A stretch of DNA of 64,000 nt from contig NW_021832866.1 of assembly GCF_006345805.1 (NCBI RefSeq), positions 28,098 to 92,097 of the forward strand. Reading direction: 5' to 3'. A model generated the notes under the pieces. The model searched no databases. It saw nothing but the letters and a program-made list of their open reading frames with translations, and was not told where the DNA came from. Positions 39,901 through 52,900 of the stretch are shown here, one piece after another; within the stretch, counting starts at the first letter, position 1; each line of letters starts with the position of its first letter. Both the position numbers and the translations under genes were made by a program. Origin of the DNA: Octopus sinensis (taxonomy: Eukaryota).

Positions 39901-42900
39901 CCCTTAGGTGCAGGCATGGCTGTGTGGTAAGAAGTTTGCTTCCCAACCACATGGTTCCAGGTTCACTCCCACTGTGTGGCACTTCAGGCAAGTGTCTTCT
40001 ATTATTGCTTTGGGCGAACCAAAGCTTTGTGATTGGATTTAATAGATGAAAACTAAAAGAAACCTGTTGTGTGTGTGTGTGTGTGTGCATATATGCGTGT
40101 GTGTGTCTTTGTCCCCCTCCATCATCACTTGACAACCAGTGCTGGTGTGTTTACATTCCTGTAACTTAGCAGTTTGGCAAAAGAGACTAATAGAATAAGT
40201 GCTAGGTTTAAAAATGAAAATAAGTACTAGGGTTGACTAGATTGACTAATATTCTCAAAGTCGTGTCCCAGCATGACTGCAGTCTAATAGTGAAAGTTTA
40301 CTGTTTGACTGAAGAACATACAACTTAATCCTAAAGGACAAACTTGCTGTTTTATCTAAACCATGACCATCCTTCAAGATATTTCAAACATCAAATTAAT
40401 TAGAACAAAGTTATTTTATTAAATTCTCCATTGTTTTGAAATTTAATTGAAATGAAGGCTGTGTACTTCAATAGGAATATGGTAACAAATGGGTTAAACA
40501 CAGATGATAAGGTGCTGTATAATAATCTCTCTTTATCTCTCCCACTTTTAACCCCTCCTCCCATCAATTTTTACTTTTTATTCAATAAGCTCACTAATTA
40601 CTTAATTGCAGAATTACTGCTTTCACTAATTAGAGAGTTTTTTTTTTCTTTCTCTTGTTAGGCGAGACTACTTTTAATGCAACTCAGACATCACAAGCGT
40701 GTACTTTGGGCCGTCGCTGTAATACGGAAGTTCTACAAAGGATGGAAAGTTCGACGTGAATATAGAAATAAATTCAAAGCTATTGCTGGTCCAAAAATAA
40801 TTCTTTTCTTTCAAGTGGCTTTAGTAAGTAGAACCTGAGAATTGGTTTGGTAGTTTATTTTTGTTTTCCATAATTTACATTCGTTTCCTTCTTTGGTAAC
40901 ATGTTTTACTTGAAGTATTTAATCTTTTTTTTTAAAAAAGCCACCTTAACTGGCTTCTGTGCCGGTGGCACGTAAAAAGCACCAACCGATCGTGGCCCCT
41001 GCCAGCCTCCCCTGGCACCAGTGCCGGTGGCACGTAAAAAGCACCAACTGATCGTGGCCCCTGCCAGCCTCCCCTGGCACCAGTGCCAGTGGCACGTAAA
41101 AAGCACCAACCGATCGTGGCCCCTGCCAGCCTCCCCTGGCACCAGTGCCGGTGGCATGTAAAAAGCACCAACTGATCGTGGCCACTGTCACGTAAAAAGC
41201 ACCCACTACACTCATGGAGTGGTTGGTGTTAGGAAGGGTACCCAGCTGTAGAAACACTGTCAGATCAGACTGGAGCCTGGTGCAGCCTCCTAGCTTCCCA
41301 GACCCCTGTCGAACCGTCCAACCCGTGCTAGCATGGAAAATGGACATTAAACGATGATGAGGATGATTTCCATCTCAGATTTAGATTTGAAGCAGTTTGG
41401 AAAATTTTCAGTGAATTTGAAACACTCTTTACAATGCCATTTTCTAATGTTATATTAGATATATATCTAAAGTTATCCCAGATGTATATCTAATGTTATC
41501 CTATACACTTATCTAATGTTGTCCCTAAATTAGTTAATGCTATTAATGCCAAGGATACAGTAAAGTCATGGGACTGCAGCATGATGGATTGTGTAATGAA
41601 CCAACGGTGCTGCTTACATGACTTGTTTAATTACTTTTACCACTTCCCAACTGGAGCAAACGCATGGGCAGGCAGCTGAAGACCTCGGCAACGACGATAA
41701 AGGGGGACCTCTCCGAACTCTCATATCTGCAGGTGGTCAGTCTGAGCAGATGGAACTGCAAATGGCTCACTATCTCCAGTGACCTCGCACAGGACCATCA
41801 AGCATGGGCCTCCATGGTTCGTGATGCCGTTAAGACCAGAGCAGAAGCCGGCTCAACCCGCCCTGGATGAACGCTGTCATAAGAACAAGTAGTAAGTTTA
41901 CCAGTTGATCGTTAACCTTCAACTACCTGGCCCTTAATCCTAGCCATAGCGGATTAACTCCAGTAATATGTTGAAGGTCTTACATATTTGATGACTAAGC
42001 TTCAGTTTTATGGACTGAAATGAGAGTTATATTGCCACTGGATTGGATCCCAGTTCATCTCATCTAACTTCCCCATATGATGGTACTAACTAACATTCTG
42101 CTTGAAAGAATGATTCATCTGAAGTAGATTAGAACCCATGAACAACAAGCTGGGGGTCCATTTATGAACCATTTATTCAGACTACATCTCAAAGACAGAG
42201 CTTCTATAGCCTGATAACCATTTTGATGGAGTTGGTGTGGCCACCCCTTCAGAAGATGGTGTTTCGGTAGGGTGACTATCTTATCCCCTGACTTACCGGA
42301 AATAACAGTACAATTTCCCTCAAATCACAATCTAAGGGTGATACTAGGAGTATTGTTCTTTAGAAAAAGACTGGGGTTAGGGGTCATTACTGGAATACTT
42401 GACCATAGGTCAGCTCAGTTAAGGCTGATCTGAGGCTGACCAACAAGTTGTAGCCTCTACTTAAGGACACTCTATAAATGCATTATGAACTAGAGGTTTA
42501 CATTGATTGATATTATTTTTTGACATATAACAGAAAGTAAATCCAAAGACACAGTCTTCAGCATTGTAATACTTTTCTTTTTCATTCTGAAGTGCCTAAC
42601 GGTGGTTAAAAGAAGTTTTGAAGAATCTAAAGACATTGTCTCCTGTGACTTGATATTCAATTTAAAAATATAGAAATATTTTTGCTCATGTTTCCTTTTC
42701 CTTCTTGAATCCTTCCAGAGGAAAAAATTCCTGCTCACTCTGCGAGGCCGTTTACCATCAATGTCACCAATATCAGAAGAATGGCCGAAATGTTCAAACA
42801 TGTTTAAACCAGTTTCAGAAGAATTGAGGAAGATCTTTCATCGATGGCGGGTGTGTGTTATAAAAATTCATGGTTTTATGTTTGTTTTTAGGATTAACAA

Positions 42901-45900
42901 GAAGCAGTTCCTGAAAACACACAAACAAGTAAACAAAAAATAGTTTGTAGCAGGGACTTGATCAAACTTTTTTTTAAATTTTACCCTATGGTCAGTAAGC
43001 GTTATTTCCTATTTGCTTCTATCAAGAAATCAAAGGAAATGACTGCTATTCCCTTCAAACTTTGCTTCCAACCATTTTACAGTGTCTACTGGATGCTTTT
43101 ATCATACTACCAGCACTGGTGAGGCTGCATTCCTCTTAAGGGCTGTTCCCTCTCTAAACCAAATTACACCGATTGGAACCAGAAGCCTTTTATGGTGTCC
43201 CCTCCACTGACCAAGTCACTAAATTTATATACAATTCATCACATAGTCAACAAATCTGCTTTATTATAATAAGACAGTTGGAGTTTGAAAAGGTGCTCAG
43301 AGTTATTGTTTGTAAGATGGTTAATAATTTTATGGGTGTCTGCCAAAGTCAGCTGCCAGACGTCAGAGTTTCAATGTATCCATGTCCAGGGAAGTAAGGC
43401 ATTCAGAATATGGCAAATGCCTGATGGAGAGTATTCTCTTGGTTGCACATCGCTGAACGGTTTCCAGACGATTAATATTCTGGGCAAGATAGGGGTTCCA
43501 GACTGGTGATGCAAATTCCGGGTGAGGCTGCACCATAGCTATATAAAGCCTCAGATAGACAGCCGGAGAGTGGCTCACAAAGGACTTGGTAAGTGATGCC
43601 AAGACACTCTCAGCCTTCTTGGCAACTTTAGCAATGTGTTTTGTCCAATGCAAATCGCTGTCAACAATAATGCCCAGGTCACGTTCACATGAAGACTTTT
43701 TGAGATTAGTGTTGTGGAGGGAGTAAGTAGACGCTGGGTTTTTCCTCCGAAAATGCATGGTGGTACATTTGTCCACAGCCAGCTTGAGTTACCAGTCCAT
43801 GATCCACTGTTGCATATGGTCCCATAGTAGATATCAGTAATGTACTGTGGTCCAAGTCACCACCTCCCGACTATTTACTGATGCAGGGGTTTAATTGTGA
43901 TGCTTTTTATGTTTCAGTGTCGAAAATATCGAGAAAAATTAGACGTGATGACCCAGAATAAAATGAAAGAAAAAGTTATTGCAGGTGACATATTTAAAGG
44001 CAGAAAGGTCACTTACCCACCAAGGTAAGTGTTGTTGCATTCTTCAGGGTCTCCCTTCTCACTATGTGTGTCTCTGGTTGTTATACATGATGGTCTTCTT
44101 TCAGTTTCCATTTCAGTGGATTTGGTAGATGGAAACTGAAAGAAACCTGCCATATTTGTATGTATGCATGTATTTAAGTGTCTTGATATCATGTGATTGT
44201 TTTAAAGGAGCATCCCCTTTGTAAGTGTGATGTTGTACTTTTCTAGGCTTTCATGGAAAACATGGCCACAGGGAAAATATTACCCCATGAGAGTTGACAA
44301 CAGGAAGGGCATGCAACCACAGAAAAATCTGCCTCAATGAATTCTCTCTGGCACATGTAAGAAGGACAAAGAGAACAATAATAAAGATGATGAAGATGTG
44401 CATTCACAGCAGAGTGTAAGTGCCCTGAGGGAAATGCTGGACATAAAAAGCATTGGATGTGGTGTGCAAGAGAGACATTTGCGCTGGTATGGTCATGTAC
44501 TACGGATGGATGAGGAGAGATGTGTGAAGAAGTGCCACTCCCAAACAGTTGAAGGAATCCAGGGTAGAGGTAGACCCAGGAAGACATGGGATGAGGTGGT
44601 CAAGCATGACCTTCGAACGTTGGGTCTCACAGAGGCAATGACAGAAGACCGAGATCTCTGGAGATATGCTGTGACTGCGAAGACCTGACAAATAATGTGA
44701 GTTCATGGCTGTTTCCTGCGCCAGCTTCACGTAGAAGCCCCAGCCTTTCCAAAGTGCCTTGGATCGTAGGGCAACCTGCTGTGCTTGAGGAGACCTATTG
44801 AGTCAAGTACGTCAGCATCAGAAATCAAATGGAAATTGTGGTTACGATACCTGGTTACATGCCTGTGGCATGTAAAATGCACCATCCATATGTGGCCGAT
44901 GCCAGCGCCGCCTTGACTGGCTTTCATGCCGGTGGCACGTAAAAAGCACCAACCGATCGTGGCTGTTGCCAGCCTCCCCTGGCACATAAAAAGCACCATC
45001 TGTACATGGCCGATGCCAGCGCAGCCTTGACTGGCTTCCGTGCCAGTGGCACGTAAAAGGCACCATCTGTTCTTGGCCGTTGCCAGTCTAACCTGACACC
45101 TGTACCGGTGGCACATAAAAAGCACCATCCGTACGTGACCGTTGCCAACGTCGCCTTGAGTGGCTTCCGTGTAGGTGACACGTAAAAGCACCAACCTAGC
45201 GTGGCCGTTTGCCAGTCACCTCTGGCCCCTGTGCCGGTGGCACGTAAAAAGCACCCACCACACTTATGGAGTGGTTGGCGTTAGGAAGGGTATCCAGCTG
45301 TAGACACACTCCCAGATCAGACTGGAGCCTGGGGCAGCCTCCTGGCTGCCCAGACCCCGGTCGAACCGTCCAACCCATGCTAGCATGGAAAACAGACGTT
45401 AAACAATGATGATGATGATATATATATCTACAAGAATGATGTTGACAGTGACTTCAGGTGGTGAGCTGGCAGATCAGTTAGCGTTTCATTGGCCTTTATA
45501 TTTTGAACTAAAATTCTGCCAATGTTGAATTTGCCTTTCATTCAGAGTCAATTAAATTAAGGACCAGTCAAGTATTGAGCTTAATCTAATCAACTTTCCC
45601 TCCCCCTAAAAAACTGCTGGCCCTGTGCCAAAATTTGAAGCCATCATCATCATCATTATTATTATTACTATTGTTGTTGTTATTATTATTATTTTGGTGG
45701 CAAGCTGGCAGAATCACTAGTATGCTGGGCAAACTGTTTAGTGGCATCTCGTCCATCTTTACATTCTGAGTTCAAATTCCACTGAGGTCAACTTTGCCTT
45801 TCATCCTTTTTGGGGGTCAATAAATTAAGTACAAGTGGAACACTGGGGTCAATGTAATCGACTAGTCCCCTTCTCCCCAAATTTCAGGCCTTGTGCCTTT

Positions 45901-48900
45901 AGGAGAAAAGACTTATTATTATTATTATTATTGTGGTGGTCAGCTGGCATAATCATTAGCATGCCAGCAAAATGTTTAGTGGCATTTCTTGTCCATCTTG
46001 TCCATCTTTACATTCAGAGTTCAAATTCTGCTGGGTGGGGTGGGGGGGTGGGGGTTGTCAAATTTTTGTTTCATCCTTTGGGGTTGATAAAATAAGTACC
46101 AGTTGAGCAATGTAATCAACTTACTCTCCCCCATCCCCGAATTTGCAGGCTTTAGGCCAAAATTTGAAATCAGCATTATCAGCATCATCATCATCATCCT
46201 TATCATTATTAGTATCGAGAGGGAAGTGCTGTCTCGTAGCAAATTTATTGAAAGGTAGGTGAATGTCAGAAGAATGGCCAGTATGAATGAACCAATTCTG
46301 AGGATACACCTGTAAGAAAAAAAGATAATATAAAAGGGGCTCTCTACCCCCTTTTTGACCAGGCACCTGTGGCTTTTATGAGTTTTTCCACGAGTAACCT
46401 TTCGAAGCACCTCCCCCTATTGGGAGTTTTTACTTGTTATATTTTTGTTGTTATCTTGCATTTTTACACGGACTTTTCAAACGGACAAAACCCTTTTTGT
46501 AACTTTCGTCCTGTATTTTGTCCTTACATGTTCTATTTGATTTTTGTTAGCCCTTGTGGCCAATAAACGAATTAATTATTATTATCATTATTATTATTAG
46601 TGTGCCGCACCCCTTTAAAGGGGACTACTTAAACCTCCGCAGTCATATGAAATGGAAGAAGATGTACGACCATACGAATGACCAGAACTTAATCTTTGCC
46701 GATATGGTACTGAAAGTGAACCGAGCCAATGGCAAGGTGAGTTCTTAATGTATTCCAATGCCATACCGACCCCTCCCCGCCACACACACACATAAAGGCA
46801 TCTGAGCAGAATCATGCAGATCCTATATTAAACACTGACAAATCCTTCTTCCACCGAACAGTATCCCACTGTATCCTCTAACTACACATGTTTTGTCCCC
46901 ACCCCTCTTATCACTACCTTACTCCTACTTGCAACTGTCAAAGAAAGACATTCCATTTGGTTGTTCATAGTTTTCAGTCTTAGAACCTAAAATGGTGAAA
47001 TGCTTCTGGCAGACAAGCCAGGGAATCACCCTTGTAGTATTTTAATGGTGTCAGTTATTACAGACTGTGGCCATGCTGGGATACCACTTTCAGGGCTCTG
47101 TTAAATCAAAACCAACAACTAAGGATGTGTACCAGTGATCGTTTTGGTGAATGAATTATTTCTGTTTACAGAGTTATCTCCCATGAAAGTGTAACGGTTA
47201 TGTGGCAATTTTACACTGCACACACACACACACACACACACATACACTTCGTTGTACATGCTCATACACCCACACAACAGTACGTGCGCACGCACACACA
47301 CACACACACACACACAACAGTGCAAACACATACAGGCAGACTACACACTGCAGTGTGTACGTGCACACACACACAACAATACACTCATACACACACTAAC
47401 AGCACACAATCATGAGAGCACATGCACGCACACACACAAACACACACACACTCACTACGTTGTACATGCTCATACACCCACACACACAATAGTGCAAACA
47501 CATATAGACACACTAACAGCACACACACATATACACACAAACACACACATAGTAGGATCACTCAGTTACAAACAGCAGTTTTGTTCTATCACCTTTAAAA
47601 ACGGATGTAAACATGACTCCCTAATTGTAAATATGGTGAGAAAGACATGAAGGTCATGGTTAGATTGTGAGTAGAGCAATGAAACAACTTTCCAATTAGG
47701 GTTAACAGTCGCAGGTGCACATACAGTCTTGGGTAAGGATGGCTAACACAATTCTACATACTTCTCTCACTTCATCTAGGAAAGTTACCTGAGAAGCAGT
47801 GTTGTACTATCCAGGAGAGATATTTATTCTCTTCTTAGTAGTGCAAGCATGGCTTTGTGGTTTCAAATTCAGTCCTACTGTGTGGCACCTTAGTCTTCTA
47901 ATATATTTATTTCTTTATTGCCCACAAGGGGCTAAATATAAAAGGGAACAAACAAGGACCATTTTCATTATGACACACTGGCACCTGTGCCTTACTAGCA
48001 CCTGTACCTTACTGGCACCTGTGCCGTTGGTATGTGTAAAAAGATTCGAGCGAGGTTGTTGCCAGTGCTGCCTGACTGGTCCCCATGCTGGTGGCACGTA
48101 AAAGCACCCACTACACTCTCAGAGTGGTTGGCGTTAGGAAGGGCATCAAGCAGTAGAAACACTGCCAGATCAAGACTGGAGCCCTCAGTCAAACCGTCCA
48201 ACCCATGCTAGCACGGAAAGCGGACGTTAAACGATGATGATGATGATGATTTCTAGAGTCCTCCTTTGTATTTCAGTGACCCTGAAGTGAGGTCACAGGT
48301 CAAATGTCGATGAACCACTCCAAGGATTTCCCCCAGTAAATTATTTGTGTGTTTGTTTGTTTCCAGATGATGCAACAGTTGTTTGTAATGAGCACTGAGG
48401 CCATCCTGTCGATTGACCAACGGACCATGACACTCAAGTACCGCATCCCTCTAGCACAGATCGACAAAATCTCAACAAGCCCCTATAATGATAGGCTTAT
48501 GGTTTTCCATATAAAAAAGGTATGAGATTTACATTTTATCCTATTACTTTAAATTTGTTTTATGTATTGCTCATAAAGTTGTGTTTCCATATCAATGTGG
48601 GTTTGATGAGTTTACAAAGTCAAACTCTTGTGAGGTAAATATTTGACGCATGTATAAACTGAAACTATGTATAATATAATATAATATAATCACATGTTTT
48701 CCAACCTATTTTTTTTTTTTTACCTGTGGGTGGACCCTCGTACCCAATTCTATGTTTAAAATTCTCAAATATTTTCGTAATTAAATATTATTAGGAATTG
48801 TGTAAGAATAAATTGTTAAAGCATTTTTTATAATGGAGAAGTACAATCGATTCAATGCAGATAAATTTTAACAACAAAATCTTATATGGACCCCCAACCT

Positions 48901-49905
48901 CACCTCGACCCGCAAGGATCAAAAGGACCTTGGTTGAGATCACTGATATAATCAATGGAGGTGGGGGTTGATAAATGGACATATTTCAGACGCAGTGATT
49001 GATTAGCATAGGGTTTGATATGTTCACAAATCTCCATATAATTATGTATTATAATGGATTTGATGATTGTGTAACTGTATGGAAGGAACAGACTATAGAA
49101 AGTACATGGGATGCTGGATGCCACTGGAGGGACACCAGTTCAGTAGGATCATTCAGATGTGTTAGGTGACCTTAACGTTAAAAGTGGGGCACAGCTCAGG
49201 GGAGAAAGAGAAAAAGTATATGCCTAAGTGAAACATTAATATATATATATATATTAATGTATGTATGTGTGCATATCTGTAGTATATTTATTCCTATATT
49301 GAGGAATGAGAGTTTACCAACCTGGGACAGAATCAAAAGGTTAGTATTAAAATGGAGATTGGTGGGCAGGGGACTAGCAGAGATGATACAGAAAATGGGT
49401 TTAGTGAGAGATGGCATGATAGAGTATGAGAGAATGGTATGGAAAAGATAGTGACAACAAAGGTAAGTAAAAAAAAAAAAAAAGAGAGAGAAATAAAGTG
49501 GGGTAAACTTAGAGAATTTAGTAAGAACTGAAAACCATCAAAACTATTGAAAAAGTTTGCAAGACGCAACGAAAATTTTAGGAAAATAAAAATAAGAAAA
49601 AAGTGGAAATTTTACCGGTGAGTGTGTTAAATAATAAAGCACTAAAAGAGAATGACTCTCCCCAGACATAACAGAATATGCTTCAACACATGAACTCATA
49701 TAAAGAATCTTGCAAACCAAATCCCAAAACGAAACATCATGTCAGTACAAATCCGTTAAATTCTTACAGAATCTTTCTTATTCAAAATAACCATTCTGAG
49801 AACAGATTACATTTTCAGATTTTTAACCATTCTATTCTTCCTGTGAATTTCAACATTTTTACTTTTGCTATTTTACTATTATTATAGCCTACCGATGTTT
49901 ATCAG

Positions 49906-49960
<55 letters not shown>

Positions 49961-52900
49961 AACCTGTATCTGTTATATACTTTTGTGGTGTGGTAACCCT
50001 TTCTTTCAGTGAGTCTGTTGTTAACCCTGCCAATATTCAGAAATAGCTTTCTATTGTCCCATCTGTTAACCCAATGTGTGTTGCTCTTACATGTGTCAAA
50101 CCTATATATATTCATTATTCTGTGTTAACCCATCCGTACATGTGATGACCTTATGTGATTGCCAATGTTGTAATACCATTTATAGTATTAATACCTATTT
50201 CTTTACTACCCACAAGGGGCTAAACACAGAGGGGACAAACAAGGACAGACAAATGGATTAAGTCAATTACATCGATCCCAGTGCGTAATTGGTACTTAAT
50301 TTATAGACCCCGAAAGGATGAAAGGCAAAGTCGACCTCGGCGGAATTTGAACTCAGAATGTAATGGCAGACGAAATATGGCGTTTCGCCCAGCCTGCTAA
50401 TGTTTCTGCCTGCTCACCACCTTATAGTATTAATACCATTGAACAAGAGGTGAGGTTCTGGCAAGCCACAGGCACAAACCAGGTTCAGCTTTAGGTTACA
50501 ATAAATTCACTCATATCAGTGAATGTCTTGTTTCAAGGCATGAGAACCACTCAATCTCCTGTTCCTTTTGCTTTTTAACTATGGCTTTGTGCCTTGATAA
50601 GGGGTCATCATCATCATCGTTTAACGTCCGCTTTCCATGCTAGCATGGATTGGACAATTTTGACTGAGGGCTGGCAAACCAGATGGCTACACCAGGCTCC
50701 AATCTTGATTTGGCAGAGTTTCTACAGCTGGATGCCCTTCCTAATGCCAACCACTCCAAGAGTGTAGTGGGTGCCTTTTACGTGCCAGTGGCACGGGGTC
50801 CAGTCAGGCGGTACTGGCAATGACCTCGCTCAAATCTTTTTACAAATGCCACCAGCACAGGTGCCAGTAAGGCAACGTTGGTAACAATCACGCTCAAATG
50901 GTGCCCTTTTATGGGTATTTCCTGTTATTGTTAGAAAACAAACCAATATGGTATGGCGGCAGAGATTGTAGAGCATCAATGAAAAATACCTTAAAAGCAT
51001 TCAGATATGTCCTACATACTGTGTTTCAAATCCTGATGTTGCCTTTTACCTTTCCAGCTCATAGAATTAACACCTGTATTACAAAGATATAACCTCAAAT
51101 AAACATTCTTCTTCTCTGCCACCATTCGTCAGTGCCAAATTTCAAAGAACAAGAATTACTTTTGTAGAATATATATTTCTCATTAGAAGCACCATTTGTT
51201 TTGAGAAAGTTTACCTTTATTCTTTGATCAATTTCTTGGTCTAAATCAGGCATGGGTAACCTTTTACATGAAGCATACCACATGTGAGATACAGTTTATC
51301 ATCAGGTGGGCCACATACTAAAAGGGAAAGAGCATTATTGTGGGTGCTGGTGTCATAAAAAGCACTAGTGTTGGTGTCACATAAAAAGTACTGGTGATGG
51401 TGCCACGTAAAAAGCAATGGTGCTGGTGCCACACATGCAGCACTGGTGATGGTGCCATGTTAAAAGCACCCAGCTCACACCGTAAAGTGGTTGGCACTTG
51501 GAAGAGCATCTGACCATCAAAACTAAACCAAAACAGACTGTGGAACCTGGTGCAGCCTTACCAGTTCCTGTCAGGCCATCCACCCCATGCCAGCATGGAA
51601 AACAGATATTACCAGACAACTATGTTCTTCTTCTCTTCTTTAATCCCTAGCTGGCAACTAGAGGGGGAGGCTGTCCTCTCAACCAACACTCCAGAGCCCA
51701 TTTTATTTCAAAGCATCAATCTAATATGTCCAGTGTGTACATCCTTCTGACTTTTGTTGTTTTTCCTGTTTTTATTTTTGACTTGTTAGTATAAAACACG
51801 CAATGGCAGAAAGACCACTCTCCAGACAGTTTTCTATTCATTACTAAGTGATATTTACACATTTGATTCCCAGTATGTATCTTTATAAATATAAACGGCA
51901 AAATATCAGTCTGTCTGTGTGTGTGCACGTGTCCTTTATACAAATCCACAATTTTTCAGTTAGAGCACTCGCACTTTCTATGGTCATTCAAAACTGTGCA
52001 AGGGTGGTCGTGCACATCTTTACATTTCCCCAGTCACACCGCAAAGCCATTAAAAAATCATTAGAAGTGACTTTTTTGTGAATTTTCTATTCAAAACCCA
52101 ATCAAAATGCTCGAAATTTGATACGCCAGTTGAATGCCAGCTAGCTGTATGTGATTGGTTGCCAGGTCATAGTGCTAGTAGAATATATTTTTCAAAGATG
52201 TTCTCTCGTAAACCTGTATCCTCAGTACCATCTATGTGAACTATTCTTCTGTTTCAAGATATAACTTCTTCAGAATATATATTTTCACAAAATAGATCAT
52301 GTTTATTTTTGTTTCTCTGTAAATTTCCAACTTTTTATACTTTTCAGAAATTACTGGATTAATTCTGTTGGTACCACTTATGTAAATGAATTGATTAAAT
52401 GCTAATTGCTTTTTGCAGGAAAATGGTGGAATTCTGAGCAAGAAAGGTGATTTCATCTTCTGTGGTGAACATATCTTTGAAATTATCACCAAGGCCTACA
52501 TTTTGATACAGAATATTTCGGGCAAACCTCCTGATGTTCACATCTCAAACCAGTAAGGTTCACACACTCTTATCCTTCATTTTTTACTTCCTTATTTTCC
52601 TCTTCCTTGAAGCTGGTTAGATGTTGACATTACAGACAGTTGATCTGCACTTTCAAATGTGATATGGGATATAACAAACTTTTATCTGAAAAAATAGGTA
52701 AGGTTTGGTGACGGGAAGAGCATCTCACAGTAAAATCCTGTGTAACTCATGCTAGCATTGAAAAGTGGATGTAAATGTATGAACAAACAATAATATTTAT
52801 ACATGAAAAGCTAGCTCAGAGTCTGAAGATGAGTTTCATGCCGGAACACTTATCAAATTTTTAGATTTGAAATTTCATCAAAATCTAAAGAGGAAAAATT

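Noticed and set aside
40960-41210. CRISPR-like repeat/spacer appearance of the TGGCACGTAAAAAGCACC arrays (also 44860-45260)
   Set aside because: Spacers are homologous to each other, the arrays are part of a dispersed LINE 3'UTR in a eukaryotic intron, and there are no cas genes.
52820-52850. ctgaagatgagtttcatgccggaac hammerhead-like spacing
   Set aside because: GAAA and stems not satisfied; indistinguishable from chance.
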